This document shows, piece after piece, positions 38,526 to 50,242 of a stretch of 64,000 nucleotides of DNA. Under the pieces are notes generated by a model. It was not told the origin of the DNA, ran no database searches, and saw only the letters and a list, made by a program, of their open reading frames with translations. The DNA is from Camelus ferus (taxonomy: Eukaryota). The position numbers and the translations under genes were made by a program. The stretch covers positions 70,000,001 through 70,064,000 of the forward strand of contig NC_045696.1 of NCBI RefSeq assembly GCF_009834535.1, read 5' to 3'. Position 1 is the first letter of the stretch. The number at the start of each line of letters is the position of its first letter.

Positions 38526-40439
38526 CTAATCAAAATTATTGTCATTGAGGGCCTGATCATTTCCCACAGCGTCACAAGAGCTGACGCCTCTTCTATCCTG
38601 TCCCTCTTCTATGTATTTTCAGGATCTCTCTTTTTATGTCTTTTGTTGCTGTTCTTTTGTTACCTTTTGTTGTTGTTAAGAAAGGCAAATTTATACTTTC
38701 ATTGTTCTTATTTATTAAGGAAAGTAAAATGTATAAGATACGTTTCTAGTCTTCTGTTAACTGAACCACTAAAAATGGCTGGGTTGCTTTTCACTGGGAG
38801 GTTTGTTTGGAATAGTCTGACTTAAAATATGTGGCAACCCTGAAATTTACTTTGGATGGGCCCAGGGAGAACCTCAAAAAGAGAGACAGCACCTCTGGGG
38901 GCAGCTGAAACGGAGGTGCAGCCGGAAGTGCAGGAAGCACCTGGTGAGAGGAGCCCTCCTGATTTAGACAGTGAGAGTCCCTCAAACGGTTCACGATGGT
39001 TCCAAACGGACGCCCAAGTCAAAAGTCACAAGGATAGACCTCTGAAATTACAGGGGTGGACTTTTCCATAGAGTTGTTTCCCACACAGACAACTCTGAGC
39101 ATGCTCCAGGGAGTAACTGTCTAATGAAGGTCCAGGATTCTTATGACCAATGCTTGGGAAGCCAGCTAAATACAAATAAAAACAGAAACCTGACTCTAGT
39201 AACAATATCTTTAAATAACAGTTTAAGGTCCAAATAAATCTAAAAAACATGGCACCCAGGCTTTAAATATTGAACATTCTCCGGAAATTTTTGTTGATTT
39301 TTTTTTAAATGAACTTTTAGTAAGTAAAATACATTTTGCCTCTATCTTGCCAATGTGCATATAGGCCTTGCTAGAGCCATCTCTTCTTGAAATGTTCTGA
39401 ATAGCACTCTGGAAGCTGTTACTGAAAGCCCTGGACTTCTGCTGATTTTGTTTGCTACATGGTTTGTAAGGAAGTCATGGTTTCTAAAACAAAGTAGCTC
39501 TTTTCCATGAAAAATATTTCTTAGGCCAGAAAAGTAGTAGGTAGACATTTTCCTTCTCATTTTGTCATGAACTACCCCCAAAAATTATTCACATAATAAT
39601 AATAAGTTAACAATAATATATTATTATCTATAATCATATATATTACTCATTATATTTATTACTATTACTATATAATAATAATATATAAATAAGTGAACAA
39701 GAAAAAGCTAGGTTCCCACTGTCTTGAAGATAAAATCCAATATCCTAAGCATGACATACAGTTCTTCACAACCTTTCTTCAAATTTCTTTATCATTTCCC
39801 TATTCATACACGCCAAATTCTCACTCCCATTGATTCTTGTGCTGTTTTGGGTGCTGGAAGTAGAAAGGAGCACACAGCTAGGAAGTTATGGACCTTCTAT
39901 GCCCCCAACAGGAAAATCATTAATAGTAACACAAAGAAGCCTCCCAACGGAAATGATTCTTATTCCTATAATTGGCTAGTTTCCAGGAAAATGTACATTG
40001 GCTCTGTCTAGATAAATACTTGGCATGGTACTAAAACTGATAGAAATTCAACAAATATTTATCAGGCAAGTACACTGATCTAACATGGGTAATGCATTCC
40101 ATAACGTGTTCCTAAGAGAATGGGAAACAATTCCCCATTTGTTCCAGAGGGCAGTTGTTTTCAAATTAGTAAAGCTTATTGCAAATGGAAAAATTAAAAA
40201 GTTAGTGGGCCACCTGTTTGATTTTCCTATTTATGTCTCCTTAATTTATTTCTTTAAGCAGGAGACAAAAGACAAAAACAGACTTAAGTGCTAGCTAAAA
40301 TCATTTACCTGGTAGAAGGTGTTTTTCATTCCCACATACCCACAGAGCTTCTCCACCGGATCCTTCTCAGTGTTGTACAGCCCACCTTCCGAGGGGAGGG
40401 AAAGGTGCAGATTGCATAACCAGATAGGTAATAACAATA

Positions 40440-40660
40440 GTTACCAAGCTGGGAGTGCATTTACCTTGGATGTAGGCATGGCGCTGAGAACTTTATTTGC
40501 AATATCTCATTTAATCCATATAACAACCTGGTGAGATTTGTAGTTTTACTATCTTCATTTTACAATTGAGAAAACTAGGAGTTAGAGAACTTAAATGTTT
40601 TGCTTAAGGCCATACAACTAGTGACTGGCAGACATGGGATTTGAACCCTGGTCAGTGGAC
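40440..40660 (-). mobile_element. MIR SINE (representative; others at ~15700-15890, 35200-35360, 47990-48140, 58670-58880, 59150-59300, 62800-62950)
   Basis: MIR core CATTTTACAATTGAGAAAACTAGG...AAGGCCATACAACTAGT...GGGATTTGAACC. Confidence 0.75.
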
Positions 40661-41449
40661 CATTGCTCGGGAGTCTCCCATTCATTAGGTCTGAGGTGTG
40701 ACACAGAAACTCATACACAAAACTTGTAAAAGCTCCCCGGCTGATTCTTACGTACCAATTCCTTGGAGACCATTGCTGGAATCTACTTCCTGCAGGGAAT
40801 CCCCTGCTACTTAAATGTCGTGCAGATACAGGGAACTGAGAAACTTACATAAGAAATGCTGTCACTGCATAAAACACATACTTCAGATAGACGACACTAA
40901 ATGACTAGTGGCTTTTGCCTGATATTTGGGATGAAAATGTATTTTTAAGTTGTTTCTGTGTTCATTTACTAGTTTATTTTTCAGCCCATCAGACCACCAC
41001 CACAAGCCTAAGTGTTGCAAGCACTTCCACCAGAGAGAATTAAATTACCTTGTAGCTGTGAAGCACAAATTTAGTTACTTCCAACCTTGAGGTGGATGGA
41101 TTTGGCATAGTTCTCTAAAGCTTTTGCATCAACTTTTCCTTAAAAAAAAAAAAAAAAAAAAAAAAGAGGAAGAGGAGAAGGAAAATGGAGAGATAGGAAC
41201 TCTGGATAGTACCTGTTAAAAAGTTGTCTTTAATTCGAAGCATATTTTGACAAATACAGGTACATGATTGGACTTAATAAAATGTTCTTAATAAAATAAG
41301 ACTGTCTTATGAGAAATGAGTATATGAATAAACATAAAAACTAGTTTTGTATACACAGGCCAACAGAATACTAACTGGGTTTGTTTCATTCACAAGAACA
41401 AGAAGGGAAAATATCTCAAATCACACTTGATTTCGACACACCAAGCCAA

Positions 41450-41773
41450 ACAACTAATAAACCGCCCACAAAGAATGAAGCTATTTTGAACTCGTCATTC
41501 TGCAGAGACATATTATAATATTAAGATATGCATAAAGTTGTGTAAGGCAGAAATGTGCCTGACCTTTTATTGAAAAGAGGAGGAGTCACATGTCCTGAAA
41601 GGGAGTCACATGTCCTGAAAGGGTTGGGACCCGCCTGCAGTCCCTTGGGAACTTCCTGTTGTCACCACACCTCTGGATTAGTTATCTGAGCTCTCGCTGA
41701 GTGGAAAGTCTAAGACTCCGGGAAGGAAATCATTCTTCTTGTGAATGTGACACACACTGTCTCCAGTTTCCAT
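41450..41773 (+). promoter_or_regulatory. LIPH proximal promoter / 5' UTR (non-CpG-island)
   Basis: Position directly upstream of the ATG; duplicated GAGTCACATG element and ETS core ACTTCCTG (~41650). TSS cannot be determined from sequence. Confidence 0.55.
41582..41621. repeat. Perfect 20-bp tandem duplication (GGAGTCACATGTCCTGAAAG)x2
   Basis: Read directly: 41582-41601 is identical to 41602-41621. Confidence 0.95.
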
Positions 41774-41822
41774 ATGCTGAGATTATCCTTCCTCATCAGT
41801 TTGATGTGCTTGGTGAGATCAG
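41774..41822 (+). CDS. LIPH: LIPH exon 1 coding part (signal peptide MLRLSFLISLMCLVRS), 49 nt
   Basis: Hydrophobic signal peptide resembling the recalled LIPH N-terminus; TCAG|GTAGGT donor, phase 1 matching exon 2. Too short to appear in the ORF track. Confidence 0.9.
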
Positions 41823-43609
41823 GTAGGTCATTTATTGAATGGCTTTCTTAATTATTTAAAAAATATTATTTGTATTACTGTCATTTTATTATCCTTTTAA
41901 ATTCCTTCGTTGGGCTTTTAAGTTTCACACAGTCATTTTTCAGGAGGGAAGAAATGGATAAAATGAACTTTCTAATTCTGAAAAAAAAAAAAAAAAAAAA
42001 AGATTTTTCCTTAGTAGTAAAAGAAATAATTATTCCATTGAACTAGAAGGTTCTTCTGATGTAAAAAAAAATTAAATATGTTGAAAAATTTAGAACAGTG
42101 TTTTTTCTTCCATAGTTAAATTTTCTGTGCCTTTCCACCTCATTGAAATAAGATCATTTATTTTCTGGGAATTTTAAATTTTATTATAATATCTAAAACA
42201 GAGGGTAGGTTTTTTTTTAGCTTTCATGCATCAAGGGTTCATTTACATTATTCTTATAAAAAGCATGGTTTTATATTGTAAACGTCTTGGAATGGTGCTT
42301 GGCATGTTGATAACTTTAAAATTATTAATCACAATGAAGAAATAAAAATTAAAACAGTAATGTACACAGCAAGGTAACAAAAGTAAAGTGAAATGCTTTA
42401 AAAAATTAATCAATTCCTTTTTAGGAATTCAGTACTTTTTCACATAGTTTATGGTAATGAGGATTGGTACAATTTTTTTTAAGGAAAATATGTTAATATA
42501 TTAGGACCCATAAAAATGTACATGCCCTTGAACTAGTAAAACCATTGCTGGGAATTTATTCTAAAGAAATATTTTGTAAAAAAAAAACAACAACAAAAAA
42601 ACAAAAACAAAACCTCATATACAAAGTGATTCTATGTTATTTATAATAAGTTGAAACTAGATATAGCAGTAATGTTCCTACATACAGGAATGGGTAAGGT
42701 ATAATGTATCAACTTTTAGAAATACATAGCCTTTAAAATAATTCTTAAGCTATGTAGAAACATGCAAACATGTTTATAAAATAATGCATCAAAAAAGCAG
42801 AACTCGGATTTGTAGATAAACTAAGGTTACAATTATGCTAAAGTCATGTATGTATGCCTGTACATAAAGTTTAGAAGGAAATGGAAAAATCAAAATAGTT
42901 GTATTATGATTTCAGGCTTATAAATACATTTTTCTTAATTTGTGCTTTTGGAGTTGATTTAATTCTAAGTTAAAATTAAACTAGTGATGATATTTTTCAT
43001 TGAGAAGTCAATATTTTAAAGTTTGTATTTATTATCACTTTAAAATTTTTTTTAATAAAATAAATTAAGAGGTACCTTAAAGCAAGTGGGAACTAAACAC
43101 AAAAACCTAATGATAATTTTGAGTACTTTCTTCCAGTTTCCCATTATACATCTCAGTTTACAAAGTTGGAACTTAATTTTTTTTGTGACCTGCCTTTTTA
43201 CTTGCCTTTGTCTCATCAGTAAGTCTTGTTTTAAGTCATTCTATAAGACCCACTGCTGCAGGATAGAACCTAAGCAGATAGAGATACATCACAATAAACT
43301 CGATAAATAGCCAGAAGGAAAAAGCATAATTAAAGCTATAAGCTAAATCCAGATTTCTCAGTATCTGCAAAACCACCAATTTAGAACTTTAATGGGGGAG
43401 GGTGTTGAATAACATGCAGAAGTTATTGACTGTATTTGCATTGACTTCTTGTTTTTCCCTTCCTTGGCTTGCAATCCCCAAATTAGCAACTGATTAAGAT
43501 GGGATTCTGAAAGCCCAAGAATACACATCATTCACTTTCGGAGATTTTTATTTTGTTGTTCTAACTGTTGTGAAATCATAATAGGAATGTTTGCCATAAT
43601 CTTCACAGC

Positions 43610-43800
43610 AATGGCTAGCAAACTCTAGTGTGGACCAGAATCATTCTGGGAATTTGCTTAAAATGCAGAGACTCGTTTCTCCAGCAGTCCAGACTCAGTG
43701 GGTCTGGAGGGGGAGGTCCTGTAATCTGCATTTTAAACAAACCCTCAAGGTTTTTCAGCTTGCAGGTGGTTCAAGGAACACAGGCTGATAATTATTGTTC
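43610..43800. mobile_element. MER5A-like hAT MITE
   Basis: CAGAATCATTCTGGGAATTTGCTTAAAATGCAGA...TCTGCATTTTAAACAA. Similar remnants at ~40670-40775 and ~62030-62185. Confidence 0.7.
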
Positions 43801-44967
43801 TAAATTAAGGCTGCTAGTCATAGGTATTTTTTAAAGTTACTCTGCAGTCGATATTTTGGCCTATGGCAACTTGTATAAAATGGGGTAGATATTTTCCTAG
43901 AGAGTCTAGCTTAGTGCCAAAAACAGAGAGAGAATTATTTCTTCGGATACTAGAAATCCTCCCTAGATGATTTATAACTCTGTGTGTGTATAACTCCTTC
44001 TCCAATACACAGGGGACAAAGGTGAGTAAGAAGGTGGGGTGTAAATTTGCGTATTTGTGCACGTGATTAAGAGATGAGAGTGAGGAAATCTGGCATCCCA
44101 TTTGTTTTCTTGGTTATAGCCTAAAGAAATACAAGCTGGTGGTTAAAAGCAGGGATGTCCTTCCAACCAAGATGGCATCTTGCCCGTATGCTTCTGCCTG
44201 TCTCTGCCCCGGGTGAAAGAGAAACAAGGCTATTCCACCAGTTTTGGCCCTGGCCAACTGTGAACTCAACACAATCTGGCTCAGGACGAATTTTTAGTGC
44301 CAAATTCAGGGCGGTCCTCTGCATAAAAAAATATAAACTGAGTTACTTTTTCCGATTTAAAAAAAATCAATAGAATTTCATTGTAGGGACATGTCACCTT
44401 TCCTTTCTACTTCTGTCTTCAAAGTAGGAGTCTAACTCATTTTCTAATCTTTTCAAATCAAAGTTTCTGAGCTAAAGAAATTTTTATTTCTGGGACTTTA
44501 GGAAGTTCCTTCAGAGCAAACCTAAGAGTGTGCTCAAGTGTGGGTTTCTGGAAAGCTCCAGGCCTCATCAGTTAACACGTGGTGAGCTGTGACCTGGACA
44601 CTGACCAGCATCCACTGCCCAGCCTGCAAAATACTCAACAATGTATCCCTTAATCTAGGTCTGAGTCTCAGTAAATATTTTGAGGCAGCCTTGACAAAGT
44701 TATTCATACACATTTGTGTCATATTTGGAGGTGGGTACACCTTGGAACCCAGAACTTGACATAAAAAAAGTGTGAGTCAGGGCCCTGCCTGTTTTACTTC
44801 CTGACTGGATACGGTTCATCAAAGTTAAATTAAGCGGAATGTCGCCACTGTCACTGGGGTTTGGAGGTTAGTGGACGAAATTTCACCAACCACGGGTCTG
44901 AGAAAAACTGATACTTTCATTTTTAATCACCTGACTTGGCCATATTGAGAGGTTCACCTTTGTTTAT

Positions 44968-45068
44968 TTTAAAAAAAATTTTTATTTTAACAGAGGTACT
45001 GGGGATTAACCCACAACCTTGTGCATGTTAAGCACTGCACTGCACCAATGAGCGGCTATACCCACCCC
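44968..45068 (-). mobile_element. tRNA-derived SINE (Vic-1-like, diverged)
   Basis: GAGGTACTGGGGATTAACCC...GCATGTTAAGCA...GCTATACCC. Confidence 0.75.
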
Positions 45069-45849
45069 TCAACATTTGCTTATCGACTCCCACAGAATCT
45101 CAGAATTTTCTCCCCTCTTTACCACACTCACAATTGCTTCATCTGCAATTCTATTTTCTCTTTTCACAGTCACCTCTTTGGATGTGAATGAGGAGTTTCC
45201 TCTCTCTGTAGAAGTTTTCCCCCAATCAGAGGTGTGGAGGATGAAATCAGTTCCTCCAAAAGCAGGTAGAAGCTAAAAAGCCAGAACTAAGTATGACACC
45301 AAGACAGCATGGGCAGCTTTATTTAGCTTCAGGGCAGTGTGTCTTCCGAATACGGAGTAAAAGGATCCCTTGGAAATTTCATCAGAAAGGGAGAAAGGTT
45401 GTCAGTGATCAGAAACAGGTATCTCCCTGTTTTCTTGATTGTAGCCTAAAGAACTATAGCTGGTGGATAAAAGCGAGAGACATCCTTCCAACCAAGAGGG
45501 CATTTTGTCTAGCCAACCCAATTTTCTGTCGTAAAGGTAAAGCAAACAACAGCTTATGTGGTCCCTAAGCCTGAGAATAAGAGTAATTTATTCTGCACAG
45601 GAACAACTACAATCCCTCCCCTACCCCCAACACAGACTGACCAAAGCGGGGGCTTTAGTTAACCTGCAGTGGTAGACAATGGAGGTCCATCAGCCTCAGG
45701 TTCCAAGGGGAAAGAAAGCAAGTTGGAAAATTGGGGTCCTGTTTTGATTTTGACAGAAAAAGTAAAACTTCTGCCCAGTCACTTCCAAAACACTTTTGTC
45801 GTTTTTCCCACTCTTTCCATGAAAGTGTGAAATTACTGGAGCCATTATT

Positions 45850-46200
45850 TAAAAACAGTCTTATTGAGATACAACTCACATACTATATAATTCACCCATT
45901 TAAAGTATACAATTCAGTGTGTTTTAGTATATTCACAGAAAAATGCAACTATCACCAGCCAACTTCAGAACACTTTCATAACCTCAGAAAGGAACCCAGT
46001 ACCCTTTAACTATCTCACCCTGTCACTTCATCTCCTCCCATCCCCCAGCCATAAGCAACCACTATTCTACTTCCTGTTTCTATTGACTTCCCTGTTCTGG
46101 ACATTGCATATGAATAGCGTCATAGGATGTGTGGTCTTTTGTGACTGGAGTCTTTCACTTATTGTAATGTTTTCAAGATGCATCCTTATTATAGCATGTG
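45850..46200 (-). mobile_element. L1MA/MB-like 3' end
   Basis: TTATTGAGATACAACTCACATAC...ATTCACCCATTTAAAGTATACAATTCAGTG. Confidence 0.8.
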
Positions 46201-46714
46201 GAACCATGTTTGTTAACTAAAATGTATCCAGTTAGCTAAAAAATACTGCTTGATATAAAGGTGACAAGACACCTATCTGATCAACATTCTAATTACAAGA
46301 ATAAAGTATGATTATTTTCAGGTCTTCTAATTAAAATTAAAAGAAAGTTTAATGCCTTGATACATTAATATTTTTAGATTAGGGTTGCCTTTGGTTAGTT
46401 AGAAAGCCCTGGAAATTTGTTCTCCTAAGTAGATATCTCTTGTCCTTTCAAATTAGTAGTTTGCAGATCTTAGAATTTTGTGTCCAAAAGGAATGTGAGG
46501 GTTAGTGAAGTGGCTAAGGAATGAGGAACCAAACTCTCATTTTCATATGAGAAAAATGATGGCCCAAATAGGTTATTTGTTTTACCTTGTTAATGACAGA
46601 GCCAGAAACAAACCCAGTTCTCTGGTCGGTGAGAAGCACTGTCACCTGTGCACTGGCTAATAAAGCTTCCCTTTTCCAAAATCCTTGTTTGGATTAAGAA
46701 AACTAAACTGATGG

Positions 46715-47129
46715 TGTGAAGGAAAAGCCTGGCTGGGCCTACTCGCAACTCTAAGTGTAACAAGTGTCGGATTACTGATCTGAGTTCTGCTGGGCTAACT
46801 CATAAATCTAATAAGTGTCGGTTTGCTGATTCCCTGCTCATGTTTTTTTTGCTAGCCAGCTAGATTTTCAGAGAGACATATCTGGCCTTGAAATGTTGGT
46901 TTGCTGCCTCCCTGCTTCTACTTTTGTGATAATGATGCTGCTAAAGCTATTCCATGCCTATTGGCCGAATACCCCAAGCTTGTAATTAATCCTATAAAAC
47001 CTCATGCACACGTCTTGGAGGTGCTCAGAGCTTCGGAGCAGAAGCCCCTCTGAGCCCACCGGCACAATAAATCTGAGTACTCCAACCCTCCGAGTGGTGC
47101 TTGTTTCTTGGCCTGTCATTTCCGTAACA
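46715..47129 (+). mobile_element. ERV solo LTR, 415 bp, sense to LIPH in intron 1
   Basis: Termini TGTGAAGGAAA...TTTCCGTAACA, ATTGG 46960-46964, TATAAAA 46993-46999, AATAAA 47066-47071, U3 direct repeat AAGTGTCGG(A/T)TT(A/G)CTGAT. Confidence 0.8.
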
Positions 47130-47887
47130 TTTCAAGGAAGGAATTTATTTAAATTATTTAACAACTGTTTATATCAAATCCCACATTAAGTTATTTAGTC
47201 TTCATAAAAACCTTATAAGAGCAATACTATTAACCCAACTTACCATCAACAATTACAAATTTTGGCATCCAGTATGTACCATGTAATGCTTTATTTACTC
47301 CACAGACATTATCTCTCATTCTCACAACAGTCTTGACAGCAGGGCTGGGATTAGGATGAGGCAACTGAGGCACCCACCAGGTGCAGTTTAAAGGTGGAAG
47401 GAACATCCAAAGAGTAACCAAGATAAATTATATTTATTTATGACTTTTAAAGCAATTTAAAATTTTTAAATTTTTATGATATTTTAATGCAACATTTAAA
47501 TGATATTAATATCTAAATAATATTTACTATCATTTAATATTTAATGCTAACAGTAGTATGCATATATTAATAATGCATATTATAATGCATAAATGATATT
47601 TTGATGTAATATTTTTAAAGACCAAAATCAAGGTAAATCTATAATGAATAAAACATCAAAAATTTTAATAAGATAGATGATTGCTTGTCTTACAACTATG
47701 TGCTATTGTACAATAGGAAAAATCATTTCCAATCTGCCGGCATTCCCGGGCCCATGCCAACTCACTTCCTTGCTAGCTGGTTTATGAAAGTTGACAATGG
47801 TGTATGAACAGACTAAATAATGAAAGGCTATGTTTCACTTGGCTGAAAATATGGGAGGATATTTTGATAAATTTATACATATGTATT

Positions 47888-47890
<3 letters not shown>

Positions 47891-47934
<44 letters not shown>
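47891..47934. repeat. (TA)22 microsatellite
   Basis: Read directly. Confidence 0.95.
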
Positions 47935-47937
<3 letters not shown>

Positions 47938-48836
47938 TGTTTTTTTTTCTTGCCTTGGGCTCAATATGGTTCTGCAAAGCACTGCTTGACAGATTTGCAT
48001 TATTATGATCATACTACACATGCAAAACTGAGGCCCAGAGAAGTTAGGTAATTAATTACCAGAGGTCACATAGCTAGTGGGCAATGGAGCTGGACCTCAA
48101 ACATAGGTCTGTCTTCAAAACCCATGCTCTTTCCAAAATCGTGTTGTGTTTTTAAGACATTAGACCAAGGCTGGCAAGCTTTTTCTGTAGAGAGCCAGAT
48201 GGTAAATATTTTCAGCTTTGTGGGCCAAGGGTCACTGTTAAACCGCTCAACTTTGCTTTATAGCAGGAAAACACCTATAGACAATATTCTAATGGGTGTG
48301 GCCAGGTTAGGCCTTTGGGCAGTCATGAATTGGATCATAACAAAATATCTCCAGCACAAATATGTTATCTCTGAAGATGTTATAGTCTGACTTCCCTGAC
48401 ATCCTACTTGGATATGTTTCTTTTAATTTAACAGAGGGAAGGCAGTGAATGATAATCAGGCCTGCTCTATGTAGGAGTCTGAATTCCTCACTGGACAGGA
48501 GACATCATCCATCCAATTGTAATTTTCCAATTGTAAACAGGTAATGGCATTTCAGAGTGACTGAATTTCAAACTAGTCTAAAGAGGAAAGGCAGAGTTTC
48601 TCCTGTTTCAAATAAACTCTAACAAAAGAGGGTAAGCTTTAAAAACCAGTTTAACATGTTCTGTGTTTCTCAGTTGAGTTCTGTTAATACTACCTCTGAG
48701 CAAACTTGACTTTATAACAAAACAATGAAACGATGAACAAGAGGTTTGCTTTCTGAAGGCATATATAGTAAGTAGTTAATCATTTTAGAAATAATATAAA
48801 GTGTTTCTAAAGTACAACATAAAGTTTAAAGAACTA

Positions 48837-48957
48837 GAGGGGGAGGGTATAGCTCAAGCGGTAGAGCGCATGGAGGTCATGGGTTCAATCCCTGGTACCT
48901 CCATTGAAAAAACCAAATAAATAAATAAACCTAATTACCTCCCGCTGAAAAATAAAA
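48837..48957 (+). mobile_element. tRNA-derived SINE (Vic-1-like)
   Basis: Perfect 16-bp TSD AAAGTTTAAAGAACTA at 48821-48836 and 48958-48973. Confidence 0.9.
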
Positions 48958-49026
48958 AAAGTTTAAAGAACTATATTTATGAGGGTGAAGCAACTTAACA
49001 CATTTGCTCTTCACATATATCCAGTC

Positions 49027-49171
49027 TTTATGGTGAAAAAGAATATGAAAACAAATATACATATGTTCCTGTATGACTGAAGTATTGTCAGAAAGTGACA
49101 CAACATTGTAAACTGACCATACTTCAATAAAAATACAAAATAAAACAACAAAACAAAACAAAACCCCCCCA
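49027..49171 (+). mobile_element. 5'-truncated young L1 3' end
   Basis: GACACAACATTGTAAACTGACCATACTTCAATAAAA plus A-rich tail; TSD ATATATCCAGTC. Confidence 0.85.
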
Positions 49172-49948
49172 TATATATCCAGTCCTTGCATGTTCTCCGA
49201 ATTGCCTGAGAATTTTGGGCCCAATGATAAGAAAAGTTTCTGCGCTTGGTGCAAGGGACACAATGCTAAACTAAAAATAATAACACAATGCCTGCCCTCA
49301 AGGAGCTTAAACTAATTTGTCATATGGTCCAAAATAAGATAAATGTAAATGTTTTCTTTTTAAGATGTTATTAATTCTGAGGGGGAAAGGGTTAATAACC
49401 TAAGGCAATTTTAAACAAAGAACACTGGAAATGGAAGTGTGACCCATTTCTGTCTGCATATTGTTTTCCAGGCCTTGTCACCTGCAGGCATATTTTTCCA
49501 TAGTTTCAGTAAGAATGCATGTACCATTTCACACTTCATTTATTTTATAAACATTCCATTATACACTCTTTATAGTATTTATATGGATCATTCTGAATGG
49601 CTGAATAATGTGTTAACAGGTTGATATTCATTTATTCTGGAAACATTTACTGAAGCCAACTCTGAGCCAGGCCCTTTTCTTGGCACTGGGAATACAAGAA
49701 TGGATGAACAAATAGATCAGTTATCTTGGAGCTTCTATGCTAGTGGGGAAGTTATTTCAGAATAAGGAAAGAATGCTTCAGGTTTGTGGTAGCAAAAAAG
49801 CAAGTAACATTTAAGGGGAAAAGTTCTCAGGAGTGGAATTCAATATCGGAAGGAAGTAGATTATGCCTATAAATCTGGGGGAAAGAATACCCAAGGAATT
49901 CATTTACAGATATGAATGCACTTAGGAACTATATTATCCACTACCCTT

Positions 49949-50094
49949 TTTTGTTGTTGTTGTTGTTTTGGGGGAAAGGGCCTGGAGATAATGCCGTCTA
50001 TTGATTTAATCATTTTAATGGAGGTATGGGGGATTGAACCCAGGGTCTTGCGCATGCTCAGCATGTGCTCTACCATTTGAGCTATAGCTTCCCC
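49949..50094 (-). mobile_element. tRNA-derived SINE (Vic-1-like)
   Basis: GGGGATTGAACCCAGGG...CTCTACCATTTGAGCTATA; (TTG)n tail. Confidence 0.85.
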
Positions 50095-50242
50095 ACCCTT
50101 CTTAAAAAGGAAGCAAGATCCAGTCATCACAGGGGGAATGGAGAAGCCTAGAAAAGGACTCACTGCGAGCAGTGACCTCGTACGTGATAGAACTAAAACT
50201 ATATAACCAGGGAAATACGGCTCCAGAAGGTAATTTTATACA

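Noticed and set aside
47782..48051. ORFs with YI repeats
   Set aside because: They are translations of the (TA)22 tract.
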